A stretch of 64,000 nt of DNA, taken from Felis catus. Its lineage: Eukaryota. A program made the translations under genes and the position numbers. Below the pieces are notes generated by a model that had not been told where the DNA came from, made no database searches, and saw only the letters and a list, made by a program, of their open reading frames with translations. The stretch spans positions 224,256,001-224,320,000 of the forward strand of contig NC_058368.1 of NCBI RefSeq assembly GCF_018350175.1. Reading direction: 5' to 3'. Shown here piece by piece: positions 37,438-50,486 of this stretch. Position 1 is the stretch's first letter; every line of letters starts with the position of its first letter.

Positions 37438-37630
37438 TTTTTTAATGTTTATTTATTTATTTTGAGAGAGAGAGTGAGTGGGGGAGACAGAGGGAGAGAG
37501 AGAATACCAAGCAGGTTCCACACAGTCAGTGTGGAGGCCAATGCAAGGCTTGAACTCACAAACGGTGAGATGACGACCCGAGCCAAAATCAAGAGGTAGA
37601 CGCTTAACCAGCTGAGCCACCCAGACCCCC
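37438..37630 (-). mobile_element. Can-SINE
   Basis: Antisense SINE ending CTGAGCCACCCAGACCCCC. Confidence 0.93.
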
Positions 37631-39169
37631 TATAATTAATTTAATTACCCATTAAGAACTAAAAGTTTAGTAGCCTAAATAAGATATTTAACATGTGAAT
37701 ATGTGATTATACAGGTGGAAAGAAGATGCAGAGATTAATATGTCATCATTACAAAACAAAATAGCATGCTGGCAATTACATTTAATCTGTCACAAGAAAT
37801 ATCAGACATAAGAAAGGACGTAGGTTCTATCTGGAGTATATAGATGCTATCATCATGAAGGTGACAAAAATATTCCATATATATATAGACAACTATAGAG
37901 ATGTAACCTTAGTTTTTATATTTGATGTCACTGAATTTTCATTTCTCCCTATCAAGGTCTAAATCATATTTGTAAGAAAGACACATTATTTGGAAGCAAT
38001 GCTAAGTTTATTGGAAACAAAACCAAAGATTTATATCTTCTCATATTGAAGAAAAAAGGCAATTTTACATATCTCATCAACTTTTTGGGTTTGGATGGCC
38101 TTTGCCTTTATCTCTTAAAAGTGTTTTGAGACACTTATATGTTTACAAGATGAGATATATACAATAAAGTTATTGGTCAAAATGGTAAATTCCTGATGGA
38201 GAAAATAATTGAGATTCTGGTGTGCATTAATATTCCTTCTCACAATCAGTTGAAATGTTTAATTTATTAAGAGGGTGTATATGAGAAAACTGATATTAAA
38301 ATGCCTTTGGATATAAACAAAAAGTTCTTGAAAGGACATGGGTCCATGTTGTTATGTTGGGTGAGCTTTGAACTTCTTTATTAAAAACTTCACATCTCAC
38401 AAACAAAAGAAAATATAAAAACAGAGATAAGACCAACATGATGGGCAAACGTAGTAATTAGCAAATTATCAAGGCCACACCTGTCATAGTGTTGTATGTG
38501 CTTATGTATTAAACAACACATAGCATTATGATGTATGAACAATATGAGAGTTTACTAAACCATTTAGTTTAGTAAACGAATTTATGGTTTCATAACTTTT
38601 TATTAGTTTTGTCTCCATTGTAAATATTTAGACAACTTCGATACATTTGTACATCTCTTTTGAATATGGAACATAGAAAATTGATTTATTTGACCAATAT
38701 TTAATTTATAATGCACTTACTAGATGTAGAAAATATTTAACTGCTTACTAACACTACCTGTATAAGGAAATAGGTGCAGAGAAATTAACGAGTAAATAGA
38801 AGACTCTTTTTAAAGAGTTATTTTCACAGGAAATATCATATTTGAAGAAAATTAAAACCAGATTTTAACATCCAACTGTTGTCACTAGACGATAAAAAAG
38901 CACAAAAAACAATGATTGTGCATGCCAAGACATACAACTTCCTAAGATATAATTCTCTCCTGAGAATAGAATTTGATGAATTCTTAATTTATTTCGGAAA
39001 ACCCCTTTAAGTTTGAGATATTGAACAATTAGAAAATTTAGTTCCTCAAGTAATGTTCTTTACTAGGTGGTCTAGAGACCTCGCAAGAGAAAATAGGGGA
39101 AGACTTACAAAATGTACTTGCAAAGATTCCTGAGAGGAAAAGAGTTCATGAAGTACGAAAAGTTTGACA

Positions 39170-39990
39170 TCTCTCTCACAAGATAAACTGAGGAGCATAA
39201 AACATTTTAAGAGTTTATTTGAGCAAACAACCATTCTAACTGAGTAGCGCCAAGCCTGAAGGGGTTAAGAATGCTTCGCTGAAAAAAGCCAGGGAAAAGA
39301 TCTATACAGGTTTCTCCCGCTATTGGCGAGGAGAGCATTCCTGTGAAAGTTTTCAGACGCTGAAATGGCATAAAGCAAAAACACAATTACCTTTCATTCA
39401 CAGGGAAAATATGTTGAGCATTTCCAGACCCGAAAACTAACCTCTTTTAGGCTTTTCTTGCCAACGGATGCACAAAATACATCTAGATTTTAAAGCCCAG
39501 GGGCCCACAGGCACAGTTCAAAACTCTGGCAGCTTGACACGGGGATGTTGAATGTGGTTCCCGGAGATGGCGCTGGGGGGCGCCACTCGCACGGCTCAGG
39601 CTGTACCGTGGCTCTAGAAGGCCTCGTGGCAAGACCAACCCTGGGCACGATTTCTGCTTTCTTGACTCCTTGAAGAAAAGCAAAAATCCCTGTTTGAATT
39701 TCTTTCAGTGAGCGACAAGTCGCTCATATAGGCCTTTTGTAAAAGTGAAGTGGCTTAACAGGAACTTCTGAATGAGGGGGGTATTTGCATACAGAAAGGG
39801 CAGAGGCAGAGAAATTATTTGTTGCTTACAGCTTAAAACCTAGTTGGCTTTTTTTGTGATCAGCTGTCTTGAGCCCTTTGATTTTCTAACCTTGAGGCAT
39901 TTACAGTCTTAGGATTTTGGCTAGCTTACAGAGACCATCATGGCATTACAGCTACATCAGTCTAATGACCTCCTTGTTTAATTAGTTGCT
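39170..39990 (-). mobile_element. ERV1-class solo LTR interrupted by a DNA transposon
   Basis: AAGATAAACTGAGG...GAGTTTATTTGAGCAAA start and GCCTCCTTGTTTAATT-like end resemble antisense ERV1 LTRs. Confidence 0.55.
39307..39787. mobile_element. Non-autonomous TcMar-Tigger element (Tigger2a-like)
   Basis: Degenerate TIRs CAGGTTTCTCCCGCTATT and GAATGAGGGGGGTATTTG; TA at the left flank. Confidence 0.7.
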
Positions 39991-41010
39991 AATAAAAAAA
40001 ATACAATACATTTAAATAGATTCCCTGAAAACATGAATAAAAAATTATATCAGAGAGACCCCACATAGATATTTCAAGAAAACTCATTTTGAAAAATAAT
40101 TAACTCAGTTGGAGAAAACATTTTGAAAAGCCAATAGGTATGAGACTAAATATATCTTATTTTGCTAATGAGGTAGATTTGCTCATTAAGTCCCAAGAAT
40201 TAAATTTATATATACATTCTGGTTTAAGATTTATTCTTTCCCATCAGGGCCTCTTTTGGTCCTCAAGTGTGTGTCTTAGATTATTTAGAAGATATACATA
40301 AAATAAAGACTGTGGTACATGTGATTTATACACAAATTGCCTCAATGTTGACAGCTAATTTTTCATGCTGGATTTTTGTCTCATATTTATTATTAATTTT
40401 TGTTTTTCTCTCAAAGGGCAGAGATTATTTTTAATAAGACACAAAATAATATTTTTTTTAAAAAATATAAGCCTTTAAGTTCGTGCTATGTATATGTCTC
40501 TCTAGAGTATTTGGAAATGGTCAGGACATTTAACTACTAACCATATAAAATAGCACTTGAAAATATTGTAAATAAGCACTTAATATTGTATACAGAAAAT
40601 TTTCTACCTAAAATTTTCTACACACTTATCTTACAAGAGTTACAAAACTATATAATTACAGAAATATGCCTATTACATTTTACGGTAAGGGAAACTTAGA
40701 TTTAAAGTTTAAATTTAAAAAAGTTTAAAAAAGTTAAAAAAAGTTTTTTTTTTTAAAAAAGTTAACACTGCTGCTACAACAAATGAATAGGACCATTTGT
40801 AAATATGCATGTATGTTTAAAAATATGTGTTTCAGTCACATCAGAAAAGTGTAGAAGCATAAAGTATGGGGTGAAGTAAATCTCCAGGAAATGCAATTTT
40901 AAGATAAAATATACATGTCTCTCAGTGGTTTTTTTCGTTAGTCTAGGCATGACTAATCACCCGTCATAAACAGGTGAAGATGTCGCTGGTGTCCAAATTT
41001 CACATGGCAA

Positions 41011-41256
41011 TTTTTTTTTGAATTTTTTTAATGTTTATTTATTTTTGAGAGAGAGAGAGAGAGAGAGACAGTGTGAGCAGGGGTGGGGGAGTGGCAGAGA
41101 GAGGGAGACACAGAACTTGAACTGGGATCCGGGCTCTGCGTTGTCAGCACCGAGCCTGACACGGAGCTAAAACTCATGAGCCGTGAGATCATGACCTAAG
41201 GATCGTGACCTGAGGTGAAATAGGGTGCTTAACCAACTGAGCTGCCCAGGCGCCCC
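41011..41256 (-). mobile_element. Can-SINE with a 14-bp internal duplication
   Basis: Antisense SINE; TSD core ATGGCAA. Confidence 0.93.
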
Positions 41257-41489
41257 TGGATATGGCAAAATTTTAAAGCAAGGGAAATGAAAGGCAGAGA
41301 CAGCTATCACTCCAGAATACGTGTTGGGAAACTAGACCAAAAACTTAATCTAAAAATGAGTGAAATCTCCCATAGTCATTGAGTGCTTAGTAAACTGTCA
41401 CTGCATTAAGCATGTTGTCATTCTCTCCAGTGAAATGGCTACAAAGTTTGCAAACCATCTGATACACTCAGCTAGAAAACTTGGCTGGT

Positions 41490-41700
41490 GGGGCACCTGG
41501 GTGGCTCAGTCGGTCAAGCGTCTGACTTTGGCTTAGGTCATGATCTCACCGTTCATGAGTTTGAGCCCTGAGTAAGGCTCTGTGCTGACAGCCTGCATCG
41601 GATTCTGTCTACATCTCTGTTTGCCCATCCCCCACTTGCACTCTGTCTTTCTCTCTCTCAAATATAAATAAACATTTTTAAAAAATTTTAAAAAAGGTAA
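41490..41700 (+). mobile_element. Can-SINE
   Basis: TSD AGAAAACTTGGCTGG at 41474-41488 and 41701-41715. Confidence 0.95.
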
Positions 41701-41749
41701 AGAAAACTTGGCTGGAAACTATAAAACACCAACTAAATTGCCAGTATTT

Positions 41750-42660
41750 TCAGAACTAAAAAGATAGATGTGCAACAGCATCTCCATTAAAGCTTAATGA
41801 GAGAGAGACCTTATGAACAAGTGCAAAGGAAAATTAAAACTCAATTTCTGGTTGAACTAAAATTACCAGCTCTTCACCCTTCTAACCAATGGGAAATACT
41901 TCTGGTAGAATGTGACATCATCAGGAGACAGCTATCATTCTTTTATAACCATATCTGACATAGATAAAAATATTGTATGTGCAAAGAAGATCGAAAATGT
42001 GACCAATATCAAGAGAAAAGCTATGTAACATATCACCCACATATAATACAAATCTTGGAATTAGTAGACAAAAATTAAGTATTAGATTTTTTAGCAGTTC
42101 AAAATATGGAAAATGGGTTTTGTAGAAGTAATCATTAAGAATTTCAACAGAGAATTGAAATCTACAAAAATGAATTGAGGACTAAAACATAAAACTTAAC
42201 TTCAGACAAAGTTAAGAATCAGGGTATGGCTTTAATAGCCATACCCTAGAACACAAAATGATGGGCCTTAAAGATAGGTTAATAGGAAATATTCAAAGTG
42301 AAGCACAGATAGAAAGACAAAAGACAAGAAAAATGGAAACAGAGCAGGGTAAGAAGTATCTTTGGCATGTTAAGAAGTCTTAGCCTACATATAAATGGCA
42401 TCCCAGAAGTAGCAGGACCCAGTACATGGGCAAGCGTAAGAGTCAAAAGAATAACAATTGAGAATTTTACAAAAGTGAAGAAAAACGGTAATCCACAAAC
42501 ACAAGAAACGCAGCAGATGAATACAACAGAAAAACTCCAACCAAGATAAATATAAATAGAACCATACCTCTGCACATAAAATAAAACCAAATCAAACAAA
42601 ACCAACACTAGTCACTACCAAAAGCAAAGGGAAAAGAAAACCTTAAAAGTAAGCAGACTG
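41750..42660 (+). mobile_element. Old L1 5'/ORF1 relic
   Basis: A-rich degenerate ORF1 motifs (GGCATCCCAGAAG, GAGAATTTTACAAAA, CCACAAACACAAGAA). Confidence 0.7.
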
Positions 42661-43389
42661 ACAACTCCTGTTTCAACTTAGAAACAAGACAATTTTGCTC
42701 CGGATTTAACAACGAGAAAAGCAGGATAACCTAGAAAGCACAGCACTTAAACGCCATATTGGGCCTTCAGATGCAGAGAATCCTAGACAAATTCAAGTCC
42801 AGAAAGTTAAAAAAAGGAATGGAAAGGCATATGCTTGCTTTCATTTTTGGCTAAAGAGCCGGTGGAAGAGAGATATGCCAGAGACTGAAGAAAAGCTGGC
42901 TAACTTCCTATACAATTATAATGGTCAAGAGTGTTCTGGCAGGAAGTTTCAGAAGCCTAAGAATCCTTAGATGTAAATAAAATGTATGCCAGTTTCCAGC
43001 TCACAGGCTCACCACATGCTCTCGTGGAAGTTTGTGGCAAGGCCTGCAGAACTGACCGGGTAGGGCTGAGGCTGGGCCTGCACGTCCTTCCGAAGATTGA
43101 ACGGAACCGAAGAATCGAGAGACACTTGCAGAAAGAGCCAGCGGCTGGAGGAGTCACGAAAGAAGAGCCACAGCCGGGCACTGGCAGAGGGGGTGTGAAG
43201 AGGGCGGAAGGAAAAAGGGGAGCGAAGGAAAACCCCTATGAGACGCTCTAGATGCAGTTCTCCGAGGCTGACGGAAGGGAATCAGAGCTGAGAGACATCT
43301 TGAGGAGCTGAACCCTGAGGGCCTGATGGAAAAGCAAAGAGAAGTCCCAGATGATACCGAAAGGTGACAGCCAGGCTGTCAACTTCTTT

Positions 43390-44190
43390 GCCTCACGGAC
43401 GCTGGCCTTCACATTTCAGTTGTCTTAGGACCCCTGAACTTTGATCTCTGCTTCCTCCCCACCTCTTTGTTCACAAGTTCTATGTGTCTCACCAACACTT
43501 CAGAAAATGGCGCCCAAGGAAGAATCCATTTTGAAAGAGGTGCTCAATGGGAGTGCTTCCCTCCTCTCAGGGACTGCAGCCCTGTACTGTTAACTGTTGA
43601 ATACAGATCAGCTTTTCAGATTCATAGCTGTGGATAGTGGGAGAGTAGGTGCAGAATCGGTTTCTCTAGCATGGTCACAATTGGAAAACTCCATTTGTTT
43701 TAAAGTATATTTATAAAATACACGTGTGTTATTTCTTCTGTTTACTGGGATTTTTATTTCATTTTGTATATTCTCTAAATTGAAGTTTAAATCACTGATT
43801 TTAAGCCATTTTTTTTTCCTTTGGTTGCTTCTAACATATGCATTTAAGGTTATTTATTGCCCAGTAAGCATTATTTTGTTTTTTTCTTTCAAGGTTTGTA
43901 TGTTATATCCTCATTGTTCTTTGCCAACTATTTTATGACTTCCATTTGATTAATTATTTAACCCATGCATAGCTTAAAATTATATTTTTAAATTTCCATG
44001 CAAGCGTTTTAAAAGTATTTGTTGTTTGTAGATAAATGATATAGATAGATAGATGATAGATATAGATATAGATAGATGACAGATATAGATGGATATAGAT
44101 GTATCATACACACACACATATACTCAGCTCTAGCTTTCACATTATGATCAGAGAACATTGTCTTAGGAACTTCAGCCTTTTAAAATCTAT
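43390..44190 (-). mobile_element. Old L1 fragments, antisense
   Basis: T-rich antisense ORF2-like text preceded by an L1M 5'-end-like segment. Confidence 0.55.
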
Positions 44191-44589
44191 TAATCAGCAA
44201 AGTAAAATAGAGGAACATTTCTTCAACTTGAAAAGGATTTCCCTAAAGAAACAAACAAATATAACATCCCACTCATCATCACACTTTATGTTGAGAAACA
44301 CAATATCTTCCCCTAATGGAAATAGAGAAAAGCAAGAATAGCTACTTTCATGGTTTGAATTCATTATTGTGCTAATAATAGGACGTCTTACACAATACAG
44401 TAGGGCATACAAATAAAGGGCATAACAATTAAAGACGGATGACACTACATTACCTTTGTATACACTATATATGTTGCATCATTGCATGCACAGATATTTC
44501 TAAGGAACATAAAAGAAAATTGAAAGAATTTGAAGGCAAATTTAGCAAAATTACATAGTATAAGAGCAATATAAAAACCTGCTGTACTT

Positions 44590-44959
44590 TGTCAAAGATT
44601 AATTAATAATATAGTTGTGAGTTCATTTCTGAGTTTCCTATTCTGCTCCTTTGATCTATGTGTCCATTTTTGTGCCAGTATCATACTGGTTAGATCACTA
44701 CAGCTTTGTAAAATAACTTGAAGTTTGGAACTGTGATGCTTCCACCTTTTTTTTTACTTGTTTTGTTTTTTGTTTTTTGTTTGTTTTCAAGGTTGCTTTG
44801 GTTACTCGGGATCTTTTGTGATTCCATACAAATTTTAGGATTGTTGGTTCTAGCTTTGTGAAAAATGCTGGTGGTATTTTGATACGGATTTCATTAAATG
44901 TGTAGAATGCTTTGGGTAGTATAGACATTTTAACAAATATTTGTTCTTCTAATCCATGA
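44590..44959 (-). mobile_element. Carnivore L1 ORF2 fragment, antisense
   Basis: ORF 44698-44928 [39 protein letters not shown] matches L1 ORF2p. Confidence 0.92.
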
Positions 44960-45290
44960 TGACGTGGTTGAAGCTAGAGAACATTATGCTAGGCAAAATA
45001 AGTCAGTCAGAGAAAGACAAATACCATATGATTTCACACATATGTGGAACTTAAGAAACAAATAAAGGGGGATGGGGAAGAGAGGCAAACCAAGAAACGG
45101 ACTCATAACTATAGAGAACAAGCTGATGGTTACCAGAGGGGAGGGGGATGGGGGAAAGGGGTAAATAAATGATGGTGAGTATGGAGTGCACCTGTGATAA
45201 GCACCAGGTGTTTTATGGAAGTATTGAATCACTAAATTGTCCACTTGAAACAAATATAACACTTTGTTAACAGGATTTAAATAATATTTT
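44960..45290 (+). mobile_element. Carnivore L1 3' end
   Basis: ATAAGTCAGTCAGAGAAAGACAAATACCATATGATTTCAC...ACTATAGAGAACAAGCTGATGGTTACCAGAGGG. Confidence 0.92.
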
Positions 45291-46534
45291 TTAACTGAGG
45301 AGTATTTTTATAAGCAAGGTGCATCTCAATAGCATAAAAATTGACCAAAAATTACTAAACAGGTGACACAATCGGATAATATATTTACACCATATATAGT
45401 TAGCAAAGGGATTGTATCTTGAATGTGTCTTGATCTGGATGTGTACACACATAATTCATTAAACTGTATGCTTATAATTTTACATTTTGCTTTGTGTACA
45501 TTTGGATGTTGTTTCAATAAAATAATAGGAATATAAACATACTGCAGAAAATTGACAAAGTCAAATGTGAATCTTTGAAAGATTAATAAAATATATTAAT
45601 CATTAGAGAAAACATCATTAATTTAAAAAAAGTAGGTACCAATTTTGGTAATTATTAATAAAAAAAAGTGGTCATCACTACATATTTTACAAAAAGAACA
45701 AAAAAAAGAGGGGGGATGTTATGCTCAACTTTACATAAATAAATTAAAAATTTGAGCAAAGAGAGCACAGTCCCCCCCCATATTACAATGTACCCATTTT
45801 ATAGAAGAATAAACAGGCAATATGAAAACGTTAATACTTACGCAAAAAATTTAAATTCATTACTAAAAAGCTACTAATAAAGAAATCTCAAGGCAAAGAT
45901 TGATTCTCATGTGAAGTCTTTCAAATATTTAAGGAATAAAATATACTAATAATGCAGATTCTTCTAAAGAAAAAAAAATTCTGACTTTTCATGAGGCCGT
46001 CTTTTTAAAAACTCCTTGTAAGTGCATTCAAGACAGTAAAAATTAGATAAATATTTTCTCTTCTTATAAAATAAGATGAAATGTAGTCAAAACATAAGTA
46101 GAATATTCAATAGAATATTCAAATACATAAAAAATATAACATGATTGATATTTATACTCATTTTTTATTAAAATTTCATTCTATTTTTACTTAGCAAACA
46201 ATCAGCATATTCACTACTTTTCAAATATGGTAAGACCATAATAAACTTAAGCAAGTCACATGAACAGAGAAGCCAATCACAACAAAAATATTTACCAAAG
46301 GACATTTTACCTTGACTATGTCTTGATCTGGATGAATACACATATAAAAATCCACATGATCACCTTTATAAATGTGAAGGCAAGGCATCAAATTGAAAAA
46401 GTCCCACAAATTCATGGTTTAAAAGATTTTTTAAAAACATACCCTTTACAATGAATAAATAGATAAATGAATAATCTATCACAAATATCATTAAAGTGAA
46501 CTGTCAATAGTTTCAGCCTGGTATTTTACAAAAA

Positions 46535-46711
46535 TTTCTTTTTGTTTTTTATTTTATATTTGAGAGAGACAGAGACAGAATCTAAAGTAGGCTCCAGGCT
46601 CAGAGCTGTCATCACAGAGCCCGACACAGGGCTCAAACCCAAGAACCAACCATGACATCATGACCTGAGCTGAAGTCAGAGGCTTAATCAACTGAACCAT
46701 CCAGGCTTCCC
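46535..46711 (-). mobile_element. Can-SINE
   Basis: Antisense SINE; TSD core TTCAGCCTG. Confidence 0.92.
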
Positions 46712-48365
46712 GTTCAGCCTGATGTTTGAAAGAAGTCAAGGCAAGTATAGAAAATAAAAGATCATAGGAATGTTAAGAGAAAATAAATTTATTAGCACTA
46801 CAGATGAAATAATTATGTACCTATCATTGCATTTTGGTTAATCTGTTTAAGCAAGATTCCTGTATCCAAGGTCAAGATCCAAGTTTTATTATACTCTGCC
46901 AACAACAAACAAATAGAAATTGAAATGTAAAAATATGTAGATATACACTTGTCACAACATTAAGAAGACAACAAAAACCTTAAAATAATCAGAATTAAAA
47001 TTTCACTATATTATTGAAAAAGAAGAAGACCAAAGCAGATAGAAAGATATAGCTTATTCATGAATTGACTTTATCAAAAATATATCAATTCTCCATTATC
47101 TTATCTACAAATTTAATACAAACCCAAACCATTCCATTGAAAATTAATAATTTTTTATAAATACATAAAAATTTCAAAAAAAAATTCTCAAGGTAACCTG
47201 TAGCATAAATTTAGAGCACTTACACTATCAGATTTCCTATTATAAATATAGACCATTACTGAAGTGAGATATCCATGCAATTATATAATGACCCGTCCAA
47301 TGGAAAAGTCCACAAAGTAAACAAAACTGTAAGATCACCTGATTTATGACAAAGTCAGTCCTGAAACAGCATAGCAAAAGTATATTCTTTCTAATAAATG
47401 CTGCTGGTTTAATTGAAACCCAAATGGGGGAAAAGGTATCTGCACAGTTTTTCTCCACCTATACACAATAAATAAATTCCAGGCAGATGAATATTTAAAT
47501 TTAAAAGGTAAAGCAATAAAGTTTTGTTGTTGTTGTTCTTCTTCGAGTAATCATTATTCACACCCGTGTTAAAAAAAAGTAAAATACAGGTTACTAGGCA
47601 AGTCTCCTAGCTGTGAACTATGTGGTAACTAGTGAAGTAAGATTTAATACTAGAAAGATTTAATACAGCCCAAAGAGGAGAGCTTAAATCCTAACAGAAG
47701 AAGAGACTCCCATGCTTTGCAATTGGCAAGATTTTTAGACTTTGGGCCTGGGAGGCATTCTTTTTATCCCCCCAGGGGTTTCCTCCACCTTAGTCAGCAA
47801 CAAAATTTTTAAAGGAGTCTTTGAATAGTTTTGTTATCCATATATGAAGTATATGTTAAATAAGGTATTTTTTTTTTTACCATTACAAAAAAAATTGGTA
47901 AAATAGGCTCTCTTAAAATTAAGGGTATCTACTCAACAAAAGATACTGCAAAGAAAGGGAAAAGGCATATTACAGACCTTTATAATTTTTTATTGCCGAA
48001 TTCCCAAAACACTTCAAGAATTTCTACAAATCTGTAAGGGAGTGGCAGCTGTCTTAGCATGAAGAGAGGTAAAACACTCCAAATGACTCTCTACAAAGGC
48101 GGTTACTCATGGCTAATAAATACCTCAAAAGATGATAAGCTTCATTAGTCATCAAATCAAACCCGACATAATGTGCCACACATATCCACTTGTACGGCTA
48201 AAATTACATAAAAAATAAATTGAAGGCACTGGATTTTGGCAAGATTTTAGAGCAAATAGAACGCTCATACACACTTAATGGGTTGAATTGGTACAGTAAC
48301 TTTGGAGAATTATTGGACTCTGTCTACTACATCTGAACCCGTGCACATTCTGTAATCCAGTGACT

Positions 48366-48582
48366 CAATGTTTCTTAACTGGGAGCAACTTGCCCACCAG
48401 GGAACATTTGGTAATCTCTGGAGAAAAGTTTTGCTGTCATACCTAAAGACAGAAGTGCTACTAGGATCCAGTGGGTAGAGGTCACATGTGCTGCTGGACA
48501 TTCTACGGAATGATGGACACTCTCCACAATAAAGCCTTATCTAGCCCCAAAGTATCAACGGTGCCAAGGTTGAGAAATTTTA
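48366..48582 (+). mobile_element. MER20 (hAT-Charlie)
   Basis: CAGGGAACATTTGGTAATCTCTGGAGA...TCCAGTGGGTAGAGG...GTGCCAAGGTTGAGAAA. Confidence 0.88.
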
Positions 48583-48959
48583 AAATAATTTCACTTCTAG
48601 AAATATAACAAATACTAATATGTACTAAAATCTGAGAAACATTTTTGTTTTTAAAAAAGCCCCAAATTGGATACTTCTCAATTGCCCACCCATACTAAAA
48701 TGATAAATTATGGTATTTCTATACAGGGAAACATTCCTGAGTCCAGATCAATAAGAAGAAATCCCATAACTACATGCTACAATATGTATGAATCTCAAAA
48801 ATGTCATTGAATGATAAAAGTACATCTTGCAAAGATTTCACTTACAGAGAATGAAGTTTGGTCCTAGCTAAATATAAAGTTAGGTGAAACTAGTCTATCT
48901 TGTCAGAGATGATTACAGTGGGGTGGATTTAGTGACTGGGATTAAGAATGAGGGGCTTT

Positions 48960-49191
48960 GGGGCTACTGGGTAGCTCAGTTGGTTAAGTGTCCGACTTCA
49001 GCTCAGGTCATGATCTAACAGTTTGTGGGTTCAAGCCCCACGTCAGGCTCTCTGCTGACAGCTCAGAGCCTGGAGACTACTTCAGATTCTGTGTCTCCCT
49101 CTCTCTCCGCCTTTCCCCCACTCGTACTCTGTCTATAAACAAACAAACAAACAAATAAATAAATAAATAAATAATAAAATATTTTTTAAAA
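48960..49191 (+). mobile_element. Can-SINE
   Basis: Standard body; imperfect TSD AAGAAT(G/C)AGGG. Confidence 0.94.
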
Positions 49192-49341
49192 AAGAATCAG
49201 GGAGTTTCTCAGGTTTGTTAATCACCAGTTTCTTGATTTAGTTTCAAGTTACAAAGCATATTCAGTTTTTGAAAATACTTGTGATATGTGTACTTTTCTA
49301 TATGTATATTATATATGAGCACAAAGTTATATAGCATAGTT

Positions 49342-49810
49342 CAATAGACTCCCATTATATGCAGGGGTTCTGAGAGCCCAAGTGGATGCCTGAAACCATA
49401 GATTGAATGAAACACCATATACACTACATTTTTCCTATACTTACCTATAATAAAGTTTAATTTATAAATTAGTGTACCATAAGAGATTAACAACAATTTT
49501 ACTCATAACTACAAATCAAATAAAACAATTACAATAAGATGCTGTAATAAAATTTATGTAAATATGGTCCTTCTCTCAAAATGTCTTACTGCACGGTATT
49601 CACTTTTCTTCTTGTGATGATGAGAAGCTAAGATGCCTCTGTAATGAGATGAAGTGAGGTGAATGACACAGGCCCTGTGACATAGCTTTAGGCTACCTTT
49701 GACCTTCTTACGATAGGGCAGAAGGAGAATCATCTGTTTCTGGACTGCAGTTGACTGCGGGTAAACTGAAACCACAAAAAATGGAACTGTAGATAAGGGG
49801 GACACTATTG
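49342..49810 (-). mobile_element. MER44-like (Tigger7 family) DNA transposon
   Basis: TIR relics CAATAGACTCCCATTAT and GATAAGGGGGACACTATTG; GTTGACTGCGGGTAAACTGAAACC; AAAGTTTAATTTATAAATTAG. Confidence 0.85.
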
Positions 49811-50269
49811 TGTCTATTAAGCAGAAAGAATCCTAAGTGGTAGGGTCTTAGGTATTAAAGAACAGGGCAAAGAAATACATTTCCCTAATGTAGAAAATCT
49901 TTACAAATCCTAAAAACCATGTGCAATTTAGCAATGTAATCCAGTAATATATACTACCATGAATATGAAGAATGTTTTCCTTTACTTCAGGTCTCAATTT
50001 GCATTATTAATTGAGTGATAGGGATGTAAATATATTGCTAGGCCTCAAAGATCTTCTGACAATTATTTAAATTATTCTAGGTCCTAGAGGGAAGTTAATG
50101 TACAAGAACAAATCAAGAGAAAATGGTAATTAATAATAGGCTGGAATTAAGGGTTCAAATCCAAATGGAAAATTCTGGTAAACTAAATTGGAGTATCTGA
50201 AAGTCTTCCTAAATTTCTCAAAAATTAATCACCTAGGAAATTACAATACAGGTAGCTACAAAAACACTG

Positions 50270-50486
50270 CCAGCATTTTCATTTGTCAGGCACTATTCTA
50301 AGCATTTGATAAGCTTTAACCCATTCAGACATTACAGCAGCTTTGTGAAGAGGGTAGTCTTACCACATCCATTTTTGGAGGCACGAAATATGGAGCACAG
50401 AAAGTCACAGTGCAATCGAGTTCTGGAGCCAGGATTCCAATTCGGTTCATAAGGCTTCAGAATCCATGCTGTAAGTCCTTCCACTG
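50270..50486 (-). mobile_element. MIR
   Basis: TGTCAGGCACTATTCTAAGCA...GGAGCCAGGATTCCAA...CAGAATCCATGCT. Confidence 0.75.

Larger units (their letters stand above)
45530..49330 (+). mobile_element. Very degenerate old L1 (L1MD/ME-like) ORF2 to 3' end, with nested insertions
   Basis: Collinear relics: TCTTTGAAAGATTAATAAAA, CAGATGAAATAATTATGTAC, TAAATGCTGCTGG, ATGAATCTCAAAAA. Confidence 0.7.

Noticed and set aside
40700..40765. AAAAAAGTT repeats with palindromic character (similarly the TA-rich tract at 55800-55950)
   Set aside because: Low-complexity sequence that is self-complementary trivially
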